A DNA stretch of 64,000 nt, from the NCBI GenBank assembly GCA_965204045.1, contig CBDBDW010000002.1, positions 1,887,284 through 1,951,283 of the forward strand. Reading direction: 5' to 3'. The position numbers and the translations under genes are program-made. The notes beneath the pieces were generated by a model. That model searched no databases. It was not told where the DNA came from and worked only from the letters and a program-made list of their open reading frames with translations. The stretch comes from Gammaproteobacteria bacterium. Lineage in GTDB: Bacteria; Pseudomonadota; Gammaproteobacteria; Eutrophobiales; Eutrophobiaceae. Positions 62,714 to 64,000 of the stretch are shown in pieces; position 1 is the first letter of the stretch; each line of letters opens with the position of its first letter.

Positions 62714-64000
62714 ATGAACGGGGTATGGGATAACGACAGGTTAATCCGGGTCAACATGACGAATCTTACCGTCACCATTGAAGACTATCCGGCGGAGTGG
62801 AAATACCTGGGGGGACGTTCCCTGTCTGCCCGTATCCTGCTGGATGAGTGTGACCCCGGCTGTGATCCACTGGGTCCCGACAACGTCCTGGCGCTTGCCC
62901 CCGGCATACTTTCGGGGACGTCGGCGCCCACGTCGGGGCGCTTGTCCGTCGGCTGCAAAAGCCCTCTTACGGGCGGCATCAAGGAAGCCAACACCGGCGG
63001 CGAGCCCGGACAGGATTTAATGAAGCTGGGCTACCGCGGTATCGTCGTCACCGGTCAACCCGCCGACCGGGAACGGCGCTGGGGACTGGCGGTGACTGAA
63101 CAGGGGGCCGAACTGGTCGAAGCGGACGATTACAAGGGACTGTGGAACTATGCCTGTTGCGAAAAACTCCTCGCCGGGCGCGCGAAGAATGCCTGCGCCA
63201 TCAGTATAGGTCCCGCCGGGGAAATGATGCTCAAGACCGCCTCAGTCGCCACCACTGACAAGAGCAAGGGGCGGCATCCCGCGCGCCATGCCGCGCGCGG
63301 CGGGGTCGGCGCGGTGATGGGTTCCAAGTGCCTGAAATGGGTATTGATAGAACCGGGCAAGGCGCGCTTCAGGCAGGCGGCGGACAACAAGGCATTTAAC
63401 GCCAATAACAAAACCTTCAGCAAGACGTATTTAAGCGATGGCCGGCATAACCTTTTCAAGGGCGGCACAAGTACCGGCGTGCCTATCGCCAACATGTTGC
63501 ACACCTTCCCCTACAAGAACCGCACCGAAGGCCGCAACCCGGAGGTGGACAGGCTGGACGGCGCCCGCATACACGAGGCGTTCCCCGAACGCGGCGGCGG
63601 CATGCACAACTGCATGAGCGGCTGTATAGTGCGCTGTTCCAACATCATCCATGACGCCTCCGGCAACTACGTCACGTCCGCGCTGGAATTCGAGACCCTG
63701 ACCCTGCTGGGTTCCTGTTGCGCGATCAACAACTGGGAGGACGTGGCTGACCTGGACCGGCTCTGTGACGAACTGGGGATGGACACCATCGAAACCGGCG
63801 CGGCCATTGCCGTGTACATGGATTCAGGCGGGATGGAATGGGGCGACGCGGAAGGGGCGAAGGCCCTGTTGCGCAATGACGTCGGCAACGGTACGGAGAT
63901 CGGTACGCTGGTCGGTAACGGCGCGTTGTCCATAGGCACGCACCGTAACCACGACCGCATCCCGGTAGCCAAGGGCCAGGCGCTGCCTGCCTGGGACCCG
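62714..64000 (+). CDS. Aldehyde:ferredoxin oxidoreductase (AOR/AFOR) family, 5' part; runs off window
   Basis: ATG at 62714 after GAGGAG, open for 429 codons to the window end. It is absent from the ORF track because it has no stop. 'LGGRSLSARIL', 'SPLTGGIKEANTGG' and 'HNCMSGCIVRC'. Confidence 0.8.
   Translation, partial: MNGVWDNDRLIRVNMTNLTVTIEDYPAEWKYLGGRSLSARILLDECDPGCDPLGPDNVLALAPGILSGTSAPTSGRLSVGCKSPLTGGIKEANTGGEPGQDLMKLGYRGIVVTGQPADRERRWGLAVTEQGAELVEADDYKGLWNYACCEKLLAGRAKNACAISIGPAGEMMLKTASVATTDKSKGRHPARHAARGGVGAVMGSKCLKWVLIEPGKARFRQAADNKAFNANNKTFSKTYLSDGRHNLFKGGTSTGVPIANMLHTFPYKNRTEGRNPEVDRLDGARIHEAFPERGGGMHNCMSGCIVRCSNIIHDASGNYVTSALEFETLTLLGSCCAINNWEDVADLDRLCDELGMDTIETGAAIAVYMDSGGMEWGDAEGAKALLRNDVGNGTEIGTLVGNGALSIGTHRNHDRIPVAKGQALPAWDP

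Overview
This is a chromosomal window from a moderately GC-rich genome with many TonB-dependent receptors. It is probably a marine gammaproteobacterium, but the taxon is inference only. No rRNA, tRNA, CRISPR array or integrase was recognised.

Core genes:
- purE (3' end) and tsaC.
- Three TonB-dependent receptors.
- A Tat-exported nucleoside hydrolase and a Tat-exported FAD/BBE oxidase.
- An AraC-linked catabolic cluster: PLP dehydratase, acyl-CoA ligase, SnoaL lipoprotein, GMC oxidoreductase and GPH transporter.
- A DUF35/thiolase pair, cysC, a 3-hydroxyacyl-CoA dehydrogenase and an opine-dehydrogenase-like gene.
- A scattered aromatic amino-acid catabolism set: marR-hppD, an ipdC-like decarboxylase, scoAB-maiA-fahA, kynU, hmgA-marR, a P450 and an aldehyde:ferredoxin oxidoreductase running off the right edge.

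Two visibly AT-richer accessory islands interrupt this core.

Island 1 (about 33.66-43.25 kb) is a defence/TA island. It contains:
- An AbiL-like ABC-ATPase + RloB pair.
- An orphan YefM antitoxin.
- A DUF4143 ATPase.
- A secreted cupin.
- A tightly coupled ABC-ATPase + DUF4276 (TOPRIM-like) pair. This is my top candidate for an uncharacterised immunity module.
- An IS5-family insertion.
- A DUF2188 + TIR/NDT-like two-gene cassette, the second candidate.
- A repeat-flanked mini-ORF.

Island 2 (about 46.65-57.9 kb) carries:
- ParE/Phd plus TA debris.
- A type I R-M locus (half-hsdS, hsdM, hsdS, hsdR, DUF45 peptidase) with dinD, rhuM and decayed Fic/RhuM fragments embedded in it.

The core is unusually rich in small mobile or structured repeats:
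- An IS66-family element lacks tnpA/tnpB but carries a D12 (Dam-like) methyltransferase.
- Two 100% identical 216-bp MITEs share that IS's terminal inverted repeats.
- An 8-bp target duplication brackets a MITE + IS composite.
- At least four palindromic repeat families are present. One of them sits in-frame inside hppD and supplies the C-termini of two other proteins.
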